64,000 nucleotides of DNA from an uncultured Desulfobacteraceae bacterium (GCA_964386565.1 CAYLRU010000007.1:39504-103503); one strand, 5' to 3'. Numbered from the stretch's first letter, positions 1 to 9,210 are shown. Numbers and translations are program-made. Notes: generated by a model from the sequence alone, not told the origin.

Positions 1-703
1 CGTACTCGCCATCCGGACCTAATTTAAAATTTTCAAGCTTTCTCGTTTTGGCCCTTGCAACTTCGATGATATCATCAAGCCTTTCAATATCCGATTTTCC
101 GCTGGTCGCAAAATAAATTTCACATTTTGTGATATGTTCACAGTTTTGTTTTATGGCATGGATAAGCCTTTTCCCAAGTTGTTGCAATGAAAACCCTTTC
201 CGGGCGGCATCCTTGCTGATCCGCGCCCATATGAGGTTTGGAACGCTTCGGATCATATAGCCCTCGGATTGGGCGGAAATATGGGCAACACTATCCATCT
301 GGGAAGCCGTCTTGTCAATAACCGCCGTTGCTTCCGGTGATGCCTCATCCGCGGATCGGCCTTTTATGGATGCGATAATGATCTGGCCAAAAGGCAGGCG
401 TTTTTCCCGTGTTTCCGAAATATCCGGCCCGACAAGGGTAATGCGGCCGTCATCAACAAGAACGTCGGCATGCGTAGCCAATGTCGCACAGCATGACCCG
501 ACGGAAGGATGCCCGAGTTCGATATGGGTATCCTCCTTTAAAATAATGCCGGCCGGTATTTTTTTCTTGACCGATATTCCGTTCGTGTTCATTTCCTGGA
601 TCTTCTCTTCTCCGGAAATTTTGCAGGAACGCGCCCGGCCTGACTTTCGTTTTTCATCAAACCAGTTTCTGATTTCGATAATGGTATCGTCAAATATATC
701 CAT
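1..703 (-). CDS. AcsB/CdhC-family (acetyl-CoA synthase-like) protein; N-terminal 234 aa only, the rest lies outside the window
   Basis: My own minus-strand translation from the ATG at 703-701 gives MDIFDDTIIEIRNWF...DGRITLVGPDISETREKRLPFGQIII...PNLIWARISKDAARKGFSLQQLG...IIEVARAKTRKLE. These blocks parallel the DGKIEVIGPDI / LPLGILV / NINWLRVSKDAVAKGF / EVAREKYKERD region of Moorella AcsB as I remember it. An in-frame TAA lies upstream at 742-740. The ORF is absent from the supplied track because it runs off the window edge. Confidence 0.5.
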   Translation of the reverse strand, partial: MDIFDDTIIEIRNWFDEKRKSGRARSCKISGEEKIQEMNTNGISVKKKIPAGIILKEDTHIELGHPSVGSCCATLATHADVLVDDGRITLVGPDISETREKRLPFGQIIIASIKGRSADEASPEATAVIDKTASQMDSVAHISAQSEGYMIRSVPNLIWARISKDAARKGFSLQQLGKRLIHAIKQNCEHITKCEIYFATSGKSDIERLDDIIEVARAKTRKLENFKLGPDGEY

Positions 704-1318
704 GAAGCCTCTCTGCTTTGGGTTTTTCAGACGAGTATGTTATACTCCCAAAATCATCTTTCAAAGTCAATCATTTAAATCTGGTCTCATAAATTTACAT
801 ATGAATTGTAATAGCTTGACAAGTTGATGCATCCCTTATGGGCCGAATATCCGTCGATCTCTGCAATGGTACCCAATTAAGATTACTATAGTATCTAATT
901 TAAAACTATCCAATTTAGATTTATTCACTATCCTGTTTTATTTTTTAACCCGCCAAAACTTATCGGGTTTAGTGGTAAGTAATTTTATTTAATTATTATT
1001 TTTTTCTTGACACCCCGGTTCTTTTTCGATAGCGTGAATTTGGATATTCAAATTAATTATAGACTATCAATCTCATTTTTTTGCTGACCGGAACTTCATT
1101 TTGAATACAGATACCTGTTAGTATCAATTTTTGCTGAACTTCTTTTACCATTTTTTGAGATATTTATTTTTTATCCGATTCCATACTGTTTTGAATAAAA
1201 CTTCTGCCGGCAAATATATCATTTGCCCATTTTCTGCTGCTGATTATTTTCAAGAGAAGAAAAGTGTCGGACTTCATTTTTCCATCACCAGGACTTATAA
1301 GTCAAAGGAGGTTTTAAC

Positions 1319-2446
1319 GTGAGCGCTTTTGAGGAATTAACAGCGGTTTCCGGATCACTGGAAAACAAGTATGTCAGTGAATGGAAAGCCCAGGGGAAAA
1401 AAGTGATCGGTTATGCCTGTACCTACCTTCCGGAAGAACTTCTGTACGCGGTCGACATATTACCCTACCGGATAACCGGACACGGCATATCGGACACATC
1501 CAAGGCGGACTCTTACATGTCCCGCGTCAACTGTAGTTTTGCCCGATGCTGCCTCGAGGCGGCATTGGAATCAAAGTATGACTTCTTGGATGGCGTTATA
1601 TTCATCAACGGGTGTGATCATATACGACGATGTTATGAAAACTGGTCCACCCACGAAACGGCGGCCCGGCCGTTTATGTACATGCTTCCTGTTCCCCATC
1701 GCATTTCAGAGCCCGGATATGTCTGGTTCAAGGAAGAAGTGTCCAGGATGAAGGAGGCCCTTGAAAAAAGGTTCGGCGTTAAAATAAGCCCTGACAAGCT
1801 GAAAGAAGCGATTTCCGTTTATAACGAGAACAGGAGACTGCTTCGGAAAGTTTACGACCTGAGGGCCTCAGATTCTCCGCCGTTTACCGGTGCTGAAGCC
1901 CTGACCGTTACCGCGGCTTCAACGCTGATGCCCAAGGAGGCGTTTAATCGTCTTTTGACCGATCTCCTTGAGGAGGCGGAGAAAAAACCCATGGAGAAAA
2001 ACAACAAAACCCGGCTCGTTATTGCCGGCAGTCTGATGGATGATCCGGAGTTTATTGAAAATGTGGAAAGCCTTGGCGCGGTGGTGGTATCAGACGCGTT
2101 ATGTTTCGGCGCCAGATCCATATGGAACTTAACGGCGGAAACCGACGATCCGTTTGATGCGCTTTGCCGACGGTACTACGAACACGAGCCCTGCCCCCGA
2201 ATGTCCGGTGAATACAAGCGAAGACTCGGTTTTCTGAGAGATCAGATTCAAAGAACCCGTGCCGATGGTGCCATACTGGAGTATATCAAGTTTTGCGATC
2301 AGCATGGAACGGACAATGCACTTTTAAAACACAGCCTTGAAAAGGAAAACATTCCGGTGATCGAGCTGGAAAGGCAGTACGGTCCCCTTGCCGATACCGG
2401 ACGTGTCAGAACAAGAGTTCAAGCTTTTCTTGAAAGGATTGGGTGA
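1319..2446 (+). CDS. Small catalytic subunit (HgdB / BcrC-BzdN type, HGD-D family) of an ATP-dependent radical CoA-ester dehydratase/reductase, module 1
   Basis: GTG start with an AAAGGAGG RBS. The N-terminus EWKAQGKKVIGYACTYLPEELLYA and the C-terminus FCDQHG...VQAFLERIG match the HgdB pattern (KYKAQGKKAIGCLPYYVPEELVYA...FCDPEE...ALEAFAESL). Conserved Cys residues are present (NGCDH, CFGA). Confidence 0.85.
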   Translation: MSAFEELTAVSGSLENKYVSEWKAQGKKVIGYACTYLPEELLYAVDILPYRITGHGISDTSKADSYMSRVNCSFARCCLEAALESKYDFLDGVIFINGCDHIRRCYENWSTHETAARPFMYMLPVPHRISEPGYVWFKEEVSRMKEALEKRFGVKISPDKLKEAISVYNENRRLLRKVYDLRASDSPPFTGAEALTVTAASTLMPKEAFNRLLTDLLEEAEKKPMEKNNKTRLVIAGSLMDDPEFIENVESLGAVVVSDALCFGARSIWNLTAETDDPFDALCRRYYEHEPCPRMSGEYKRRLGFLRDQIQRTRADGAILEYIKFCDQHGTDNALLKHSLEKENIPVIELERQYGPLADTGRVRTRVQAFLERIG

Positions 2447-3813
2447 TTAAAATGAGCATACAGCAAAATGCACTTGAAAGAATGGTTGCGGCCTTTAAAA
2501 TGGGGGCCGACATACCTGAAGACCTGGATTTTGAATCCCCTGAAGTAAAAATGCTTTTGGACAGCATGGAAGAACGACAGCGGAAGATGTTTTTAACCAT
2601 GGCCAAAGATCCGGATATTCGCAAAATGTCCAATGTATTTAATCGGGGAATGGGAAATTACTGGGAAAGCGTCCTCACTGCCAAGGACAACGGAAAAAAA
2701 GTGGTGTTTATTCCGTTTAATTTTTCTCCCGAGATCTTCTATGCCCTGGATATGATTCCGGTTGGAGTTGAAATCCTTGATACCATGACCATGACCCTTG
2801 AGGAAGGAATTCATCCTTACCTGGACCTTGCGGTTGAACGGGGGTTGCCGGACACCATGTGTTCCGCCCAACGGGCCGTTGTGGGCATGCTGGAGGCCGG
2901 TGTACTCGGAAAGCCGGACCTTCTTGTCAACGGGGCGCTGGGGGGTTGTGACCCGAATACCAAAGTATTCGAATATATGGGTGAAAAATTCGACATTCCC
3001 ACCCTTTTCGTGGATGTCCCCTATTACCATGACCGAAGATCCTTTAAATACTATGCAGAGGGATTTAAAGAAGTCGTCAAGGTGCTTGAAGAAATTTCAG
3101 GAAACAAACTCGACGAAGATCGTTTGCGGGAAGTTTGTACCCTCTCCAACCAGGCGAACGAACTGGCCATGGACATTACCGACCTCAAGCGGCATGTTCC
3201 CAACCCGGTTCCCAACTACTACAATATGAACCATCTGGCAACGAAACTGACCAAGCTGGGAACACAGGATGCGGTTGACTTTTATGAAATCGCTTTGGAC
3301 CGGTGCCTTGACCGGTTCAAGAAAGGAAAACATGTTTTGCCGGAAGAACGGATAAGGTTTATGTTCATGTATACGGGATTTTATTTCGATAACTCCTTTC
3401 ACGCATGGTTTCAGGAGGAAATGGGCGTATCCTATATTATGGATCTTCTGATCTTTGCAGATCACACGCCTTATATCGATACCCGGAATATGGATACCAT
3501 GCTATCCGGACTGGCCGCCGTCAACATGAATCTTCCCATGACAAGGCAGTTGAAAGGCAGTCATGACCTGCATGGCGGATGGGTCTCTGATCTGCTGTAT
3601 TATGTTGAAAAATACAAAGCCGATTGTATCGTTTTTTCCGGGCATGCCGCCTGTAAACAGGTTTGGGGCGTTTACAGAATCGTGGCCGACCGGATTCAAA
3701 AGGAACTCGGCGTTCCGGCATTGAGAATGGAAGTCGATGGATGGGATTCACGTATCACATCAATGGAGGTGATCCAAAACCAGTTGGAAGAATTTTTTGA
3801 AACGATTGTTTAA
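2443..3813 (+). CDS. Large catalytic subunit (HgdA / BcrB-BzdO type, HGD-D family), module 1
   Basis: Its GTG start overlaps the upstream TGA stop (GTGA at 2443-2446); an alternative ATG lies at 2452. It is 456 aa, co-oriented with its partner, and paralogous to 7917..9194 (C-terminal tails LRMEVDGWDSR...LEEFFETIV versus LFIELDYNDDR...IEDFFTTIMA). Confidence 0.85.
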   Translation: MIKMSIQQNALERMVAAFKMGADIPEDLDFESPEVKMLLDSMEERQRKMFLTMAKDPDIRKMSNVFNRGMGNYWESVLTAKDNGKKVVFIPFNFSPEIFYALDMIPVGVEILDTMTMTLEEGIHPYLDLAVERGLPDTMCSAQRAVVGMLEAGVLGKPDLLVNGALGGCDPNTKVFEYMGEKFDIPTLFVDVPYYHDRRSFKYYAEGFKEVVKVLEEISGNKLDEDRLREVCTLSNQANELAMDITDLKRHVPNPVPNYYNMNHLATKLTKLGTQDAVDFYEIALDRCLDRFKKGKHVLPEERIRFMFMYTGFYFDNSFHAWFQEEMGVSYIMDLLIFADHTPYIDTRNMDTMLSGLAAVNMNLPMTRQLKGSHDLHGGWVSDLLYYVEKYKADCIVFSGHAACKQVWGVYRIVADRIQKELGVPALRMEVDGWDSRITSMEVIQNQLEEFFETIV

Positions 3814-3833
3814 ATGAGGAGGAAGAAACCAAA

Positions 3834-4637
3834 ATGATTGTTGCCGGTTGTGATGTCGGTTCTTTGTCAGCCGAAGCCGTGATTATAGAAGACAATAAAA
3901 TTATTGCTGCAGAGATTATCAGGGTCAGACCCAGGGCGGAACAATCCGCCAAGGAAGTCATGGATTTGGCCTTAAAAAAACTTAATCTTTCCTATGAAGA
4001 CATTGACTACGTCGTATCCACCGGATACGGCCGTGAAACAATCCCGTTTTCCGATCATAATATCAGCGAAATTTCCTGCCATGGAAAAGGCGCCAATTTT
4101 CTTGTTCCCGGCATTCGCACGGTAATCGACATCGGCGGCCAGGACTGCAAAGCCATACGGGTTGATGAATACGGTGTTCTGGAAGATTTTGTCATGAACG
4201 ACAAATGCGCTGCTGGAACAGGACGATCCCTTGAGCTGATGTCACAGTATTTAGGCGTCCATTTTTCCGAGTTGGGCGGACTTGCCCAACAGGCGGAAAA
4301 GGCTATCACCATCACCAGCCAGTGCAGTATTTTTTCCGAGTTGGAAATCATGCATTACCTCATGGAAGACAAGAAGCCGGCTGATATCGCAGCGGGGATT
4401 TGCGAATCCATGGCTCGGCGGGTCAAAATGCTTGCCGGCCGTGTGGGAATTAAACCGGATATCGCCATTACAGGTGGTGTCTGCAAAAATAACGCCGTGG
4501 TTAAATATCTGGAAGAAATGCTGGATGTAAATTTTGTACCCTTTGAAGAAGACCCTCAAATAATCGGCGCCCTCGGCGCCGCCGTGTTTGCCGGGGAACG
4601 GTTCCAACGGTTATCCCGAAAAGCGCAAACCGCATAG
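3834..4637 (+). CDS. BcrAD_BadFG/HgdC-type ATPase (electron-activating subunit 1)
   Basis: AGGAGG RBS. It has the acetate/sugar-kinase fold signatures GCDVGS and IDIGGQD. The two cluster-ligand cysteines lie in NDKCAAGTG (Cys125) and TSQCSIFSE (Cys164), and GALGAA is near the C-terminus. Confidence 0.9.
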   Translation: MIVAGCDVGSLSAEAVIIEDNKIIAAEIIRVRPRAEQSAKEVMDLALKKLNLSYEDIDYVVSTGYGRETIPFSDHNISEISCHGKGANFLVPGIRTVIDIGGQDCKAIRVDEYGVLEDFVMNDKCAAGTGRSLELMSQYLGVHFSELGGLAQQAEKAITITSQCSIFSELEIMHYLMEDKKPADIAAGICESMARRVKMLAGRVGIKPDIAITGGVCKNNAVVKYLEEMLDVNFVPFEEDPQIIGALGAAVFAGERFQRLSRKAQTA

Positions 4638-4685
4638 GGGATGCATAATCTTTAAATAAGAAACGAATGAAAGGAGGTTCATAAA

Positions 4686-5471
4686 TTGTTTTATGCCGGA
4701 TGTGATCTGGGAACCATTTCGGCCAAGGCCGTTATTATCGAAAACGCTAAAATATTGGCCGTCAATATATTGCCCTATAAAAGCCTGCCCAGGCAGGCGG
4801 CAGTCAAGGTAATGGATAATGCCCTGGCCGAAGCCGGATTGACAAAGGATCAAATTTCTTACTGCCTGTCAACCGGATTCGGCAAAAAAGCCGTTCCCTA
4901 CGCCAACAGCGATATTCCGGAACTGATCTGTCTTAATCGGGCGGTAAAAGAACTGAATCCCGAAATCCGGACGGTTATTGACGGGGGCGGACAGAGCATA
5001 AAAGCCTTTAACATTAACAACATGGGCAAAATTTCCGCCTCAACGGCCAATGAAAAATGTGCCTCCGGGACCGGAAAATTCATGGAAGTCATGGCACAGG
5101 CACTGGAAATGCCCATAGAAGAACTGAGCGAGGCGGCTCTTTCCTCAAACAACCCCCTGCCGATTACAAGCCAGTGCGGGGTTTTTGCGGAAAGCGAAGT
5201 CATCACCCATGTCAATGAAGGCGAGGATCGCCTGGATATTTTCGCCGGTATTTCATTGTCAGTTGCCGGCAAGGTCGCCGGAACCGTAAGGCGAATCAGC
5301 CTGGATGACGCCGTAGCACTTGTGGGCGGAATGGCAAAGAACAAAATTGTTGTCCGGGATATACAGAAAGAACTGGGCATATCCCTGGCCGACTATGATA
5401 TGGATCCCCAAGCCGTGTCCGCTTACGGCGCCGCTCTTATGGCACGTGAAAAGACGGCGGGTTCGACATAA
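4686..5471 (+). CDS. BcrAD_BadFG/HgdC-type ATPase (electron-activating subunit 2)
   Basis: TTG start 8 nt after an AGGAGG RBS. Signatures are GCDLGT, IDGGGQS, NEKCASGTG and TSQCGVFAE. It is clearly a paralog of the preceding ATPase, not a copy of it. Confidence 0.9.
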   Translation: MFYAGCDLGTISAKAVIIENAKILAVNILPYKSLPRQAAVKVMDNALAEAGLTKDQISYCLSTGFGKKAVPYANSDIPELICLNRAVKELNPEIRTVIDGGGQSIKAFNINNMGKISASTANEKCASGTGKFMEVMAQALEMPIEELSEAALSSNNPLPITSQCGVFAESEVITHVNEGEDRLDIFAGISLSVAGKVAGTVRRISLDDAVALVGGMAKNKIVVRDIQKELGISLADYDMDPQAVSAYGAALMAREKTAGST

Positions 5472-5502
5472 TTTTTTAAAAACAACGCCCTTTGCAACAG
5501 AT

Positions 5503-6372
5503 ATGACCAAAAATCGATCTCTCATGATGATGGCCCAGCTTTCCGAGCGTTCCGGAATACCTGTATCAACCATTAAATACTACTTCAGGGAAAATCTTTT
5601 ACCCGGCGGTTTTAAGGTAAACAGGACAACCGTCTATTACGGGCAGGACCATATCAACCAGTTGCGGGCGATAAAACACCTGCAGAAAGAAGGTCTTTCC
5701 CTGCGCCGGATCAAATCCATTTTGAAAAATCAGCGTTCACCAGAGGATAAAGAAAATCAGACGCCTTCCGCCAGGAGGGAAAATATCATCGAGGCGGCCA
5801 TACCGCTCTTTATGGAACGCGGATTGGAGATGACGTCCATCACAGACATTGTAAAAGCTGCCCGCATCAGCCGGAACACGTTCTACCGGGAATTCAAAAG
5901 CAAGCGGGATGCTTTTGTTGCTTGTCTGGATAAGATGCTCAAAGACATGATCAATACGTTTAACGATGACATCCGCGGTAAGATGACGCATTTGGATGAC
6001 GGCATAAACAACGCATGGAATTTTTTGGGGATACAGTCGTCCTGGACAGACTTCATGAATCTGCTGGGTGCCACCATTGTCAACGATCCCCCGTTATTAA
6101 ACAAGATGCTGGATGACTTTATCGAACTTCGGGCCGGACAAATTTCCAAGGGGTTTGATCATTATATTCAACAAGGGCTTATAAGGCCTGTTGATACGCA
6201 ATTACTGGGGCTTATCGTCCTTGGAATCATTGATTATTGCAGTCGATTTATCCGAAGCAACAAATTCAGGGATGCCCACCGGATTTATGAAAAAGCGATT
6301 GATATCCTTATCAACGGAATCATGGTCAAATCGCATGGAAATTCCAGGCTCCCCCCACTTGATCGGCAATAA
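5503..6372 (+). CDS. Transcriptional regulator with fused MerR-type and TetR-type HTH domains
   Basis: Start chosen at ATG 5503 (MTKNRS...); the track ORF start at 5320 would overlap the ATPase gene. The MerR HTH is MMAQLSERSGIPVSTIKYYFRENLL...INQLRAIKHLQKEGLSLRRIKSIL. It is followed by the TetR HTH IIEAAIPLFMERGLEMTSITDIVKAARISRNTFYREFKSKRDAF and a helical C-terminal domain. Confidence 0.75.
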   Translation: MTKNRSLMMMAQLSERSGIPVSTIKYYFRENLLPGGFKVNRTTVYYGQDHINQLRAIKHLQKEGLSLRRIKSILKNQRSPEDKENQTPSARRENIIEAAIPLFMERGLEMTSITDIVKAARISRNTFYREFKSKRDAFVACLDKMLKDMINTFNDDIRGKMTHLDDGINNAWNFLGIQSSWTDFMNLLGATIVNDPPLLNKMLDDFIELRAGQISKGFDHYIQQGLIRPVDTQLLGLIVLGIIDYCSRFIRSNKFRDAHRIYEKAIDILINGIMVKSHGNSRLPPLDRQ

Positions 6373-6386
6373 AAGGAGGAATGTTC

Positions 6387-7643
6387 ATGACTTCAATAGC
6401 AAATCTCAGAAAAAAATACCTGGGTGCGATCGATGCAACAGACGAAGATATGCAGATCGTCAGTGCCGTCCGCGAGTACGTTGACAAGGAAATCATGCCC
6501 CGTCGCCAGGATCTGGACGGCGGATGGCACCGCGATGAAAAACTTGCCAAGGAGACGTTTGAAAAAGTACACAAGGGTCTCGTGGACATCGGCGTTCAGC
6601 GGGCCATTTACCCGGAAGAATTCGGAGGATTGGGTGTCAGCGGCGCGGCCAGTGAAATGATCTATGAAGAAATATCCCGGGGCGATGCAGGTCTTGCAAC
6701 GCATATGGGTATCATCAACTGGGTCATGATGCCGGCGCTGAGAGCCGGAAGAATGGATCTGTTGGAGGAATTCATTCCGAAGATCTGCGACAACAACCCT
6801 CATGGCTGCTGTATGGCCATCACCGAACCCTCCGGCGGGGCCAACTCGGAAGATCCGACCCAGCATGGACGAACCATCAACACCATTGCCGTACTCGATG
6901 GAGATGAGTGGGTCATCAACGGTCACAAGATCTGGCCCAGCGGAGCCAGCGTGGCGGATATCACGTACTGCACCATCTGTACCACCGACCCGGCCAAGGG
7001 AGATGAAGGGGTGGCGCTGATCTATGTGCCCCCGGATGCCAAGGGTATGACATTTTCAAAACCATTCCAAAAAATGGGTATGTGCTGGACAGACACGAAT
7101 ACGGAAATTTTTTTCGACAATGTGAGAGTCCCCAAGAAAAACCGTGTGGCCGGACCGGGGGAGGATGCAAAAATACTGCATGATGTCGTGGGGATGGGGC
7201 GTATCGGCACGTGCGGATTCGCCCTAGGCGCAGCCCAGGCCTGCCTGGAAATTGTTCTCAACTGGACAAAAAGCAGGGAAATCGCCGGAAAAGCGGTTCG
7301 TGCCCGCTCCCTTCATGCGGGAATTATCGGAGAGATGGCCCTGAAAATCGAATCGGCAAGGGCATATGCCATGCAGGTCAACCGGATGATCAGAAGCGGC
7401 CGGTTTGGCAGACCCGGAGAACCCCTGCTGCTGTCAAAATGCTCTGCAGCCAAAGCTTACGCATGCGATGTCACCCTTTGGGTGGCCAACAAGGCCATGG
7501 AATTGATGGGATCATACGGATTCGCATTTGATTACGATGTGGAAAAATATCTCCGCGATGTAAAAATACTTCAACTTTGGCTGGGAGGGCCTCAGCGGGC
7601 GATACTGGATACGGCATTGGGATATTATCAGTTTGAATGGTAG
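6387..7643 (+). CDS. Acyl-CoA dehydrogenase
   Basis: Typical ACAD length and blocks (AITEPSGGANS, KIWPSGAS, LQLWLGGPQR). ATG 6387 lies 7 nt after the AGGAGG at 6374-6379; the ATG at 6381 is too close to the RBS. Confidence 0.9.
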   Translation: MTSIANLRKKYLGAIDATDEDMQIVSAVREYVDKEIMPRRQDLDGGWHRDEKLAKETFEKVHKGLVDIGVQRAIYPEEFGGLGVSGAASEMIYEEISRGDAGLATHMGIINWVMMPALRAGRMDLLEEFIPKICDNNPHGCCMAITEPSGGANSEDPTQHGRTINTIAVLDGDEWVINGHKIWPSGASVADITYCTICTTDPAKGDEGVALIYVPPDAKGMTFSKPFQKMGMCWTDTNTEIFFDNVRVPKKNRVAGPGEDAKILHDVVGMGRIGTCGFALGAAQACLEIVLNWTKSREIAGKAVRARSLHAGIIGEMALKIESARAYAMQVNRMIRSGRFGRPGEPLLLSKCSAAKAYACDVTLWVANKAMELMGSYGFAFDYDVEKYLRDVKILQLWLGGPQRAILDTALGYYQFEW

Positions 7644-7647
7644 GAAG

Positions 7648-7779
7648 CTGTTTCAAAATCTCCCCTCAAACCGAAATGCGGTGGACCGAGACGTTCAATC
7701 CTCAAAATATGAGAATATTCCTGTAGTTGACCGCTTCGGTCCACCTTGATCCTGAATCCGATTGGAAGTTTTGAAACAG
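7648..7779. repeat. Intergenic repeat element, family A, complete copy (A1)
   Basis: Terminal inverted repeats CTGTTTCAAAA / TTTTGAAACAG, an internal 10-bp stem GGTGGACCGA/TCGGTCCACC and the core TTCAATCCTCAAAATATGAG. It is related to 60056..60191 (inverted) and 30014..30186. Confidence 0.7.
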
Positions 7780-7916
7780 TCTCAGGGTATTGCATTGGTC
7801 CAATTTTTCACTGATGATTGCAAATCATACAGCAAAAAAGCAACAACGCCCCTGATGCCTGAAGAAGATTGTCTGTTTCACCGGTTTTTTAAAAAAATAT
7901 GACGGGAGAATGATTT

Positions 7917-9194
7917 ATGCAAAAAGCATTTAAAAAAACCCGGGAAATGGTTGAGGGACTGGCAAAACCGTCTCTTGAATTTCTGAGCGCCATCGACGAC
8001 CCTGATATCAAACTCCAAATCCTGGCGCTGAAAGACTCCATCGGCCGAATGGAGGAACTGTTTGCAGCGGCGGAAAACCCGAATCAAAAAGTGGCCCTGT
8101 TTGAGTTCGGGTTGACGCCCCAGTTGTTTTACGCTTTTGACTGTGCGCCATTGTGCCTGGAAACATTTCCCATGCTGTTCACGGCCAGCAGAAAAGAAGT
8201 ATTTTATAAATTCGTGGAAAAGGCGGAATCATCCGGTTTGCCGTCTGATGTATGTTCCACGGATCGGTTTATCATGGGGGCGGCGCTATCCGGCGAATTT
8301 CCCGATAACGCTTTTTTCGTTACCTCTTCCGCCCCTTGCGACGGAACCCGCGTGGCATATCCCGTCATGAAAAGTGCCCTGGACATTCCCACACTTTTTA
8401 TTGAAACACCTTACACTTACGAAAAAGAAGCGGCACGCTGGTATGGGCAGCAAATCAAAAAGCAACTGATCCCGTTTTTAGAAGAGGTTACGGGAAAAAA
8501 GTTCGACCTTGACCGGTTTCGGAACATCATCGAAGAATCAAACCGGGCTTATGAACTCCTCGTTGATATTTCCGATGCTTACACATTAAAACCATCGCCT
8601 CTGCCGGCATCGCTGAGAGGATTTCCCTACATGAGCTTTATCAGCTCGGCAGGACATCCCAGGAATACCGAAAACACCGGTATTTTTCATCAAGAAGTCT
8701 TCCGTCGCGTTAAAAACGGCATTGTCAAGCAAACGGAAGAAAAGTATCGCGTACTGTGGGTGCATGTTCCACCCACATTTGACAATGAATTCTTTACGTG
8801 GATGGAAAACAAGCTTGGCGCATCCGTGATTACATCCATGCTGGCGGCAACACCGATTCTGCGTCCCATCGACACGACAAATCTCGATACCATGCTCGAA
8901 GGTTACGCGTGGCAGGGTTTGGATATGACCATGTCCATCATGCGGTTTGACACACGAAAATTTATTGAATATACCATGAATACATTTCATCAATATCAAT
9001 GCGACTGCCTTATCGTCACCCAGCACGTGGGGTGCAACAGCATCTGCGGTGCCGCCGGAATTATGCGTCGGTATCTCCGGGAAGAAGGAATTCCCACCTT
9101 ATTTATCGAGCTGGACTATAATGACGATCGGGTTTTGTCCGCCGAGCCGCTGCGAGAACAAATCGAAGACTTTTTTACCACTATTATGGCATAA
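7917..9194 (+). CDS. Large catalytic subunit (HgdA / BcrB-BzdO type), module 2
   Basis: GGGAGA RBS 7 nt upstream of the start. It is 425 aa and paralogous to 2443..3813. Confidence 0.85.
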   Translation: MQKAFKKTREMVEGLAKPSLEFLSAIDDPDIKLQILALKDSIGRMEELFAAAENPNQKVALFEFGLTPQLFYAFDCAPLCLETFPMLFTASRKEVFYKFVEKAESSGLPSDVCSTDRFIMGAALSGEFPDNAFFVTSSAPCDGTRVAYPVMKSALDIPTLFIETPYTYEKEAARWYGQQIKKQLIPFLEEVTGKKFDLDRFRNIIEESNRAYELLVDISDAYTLKPSPLPASLRGFPYMSFISSAGHPRNTENTGIFHQEVFRRVKNGIVKQTEEKYRVLWVHVPPTFDNEFFTWMENKLGASVITSMLAATPILRPIDTTNLDTMLEGYAWQGLDMTMSIMRFDTRKFIEYTMNTFHQYQCDCLIVTQHVGCNSICGAAGIMRRYLREEGIPTLFIELDYNDDRVLSAEPLREQIEDFFTTIMA

Positions 9195-9210
9195 AAAACG
9201 GGGAGTTATT

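Noticed and set aside
312-827. 171-aa plus-strand ORF from the supplied track
   Set aside because: It lies antisense to the much more convincing ACS-like reading frame (1-703, minus). Its sequence is Ser/Pro/Arg-rich and low-complexity, it has no RBS, and it runs on into AT-rich intergenic DNA.
1131-1322. 63-aa ORF inside the AT-rich leader of the radical-enzyme operon
   Set aside because: Its Phe/Ile/Tyr-rich composition simply reflects AT-rich DNA. It has no RBS, and it ends inside the start of the next gene.
5320-5502. N-terminal extensions suggested by the ORF track (5320 for the regulator, 9049 for the module-2 small subunit, 42171 for PEBP, 63155 for GNAT, 60524 for ABM)
   Set aside because: The extensions overlap upstream genes or lack an RBS. 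Internal ATG codons preceded by good Shine-Dalgarno sequences give N-termini that match the family expectations.
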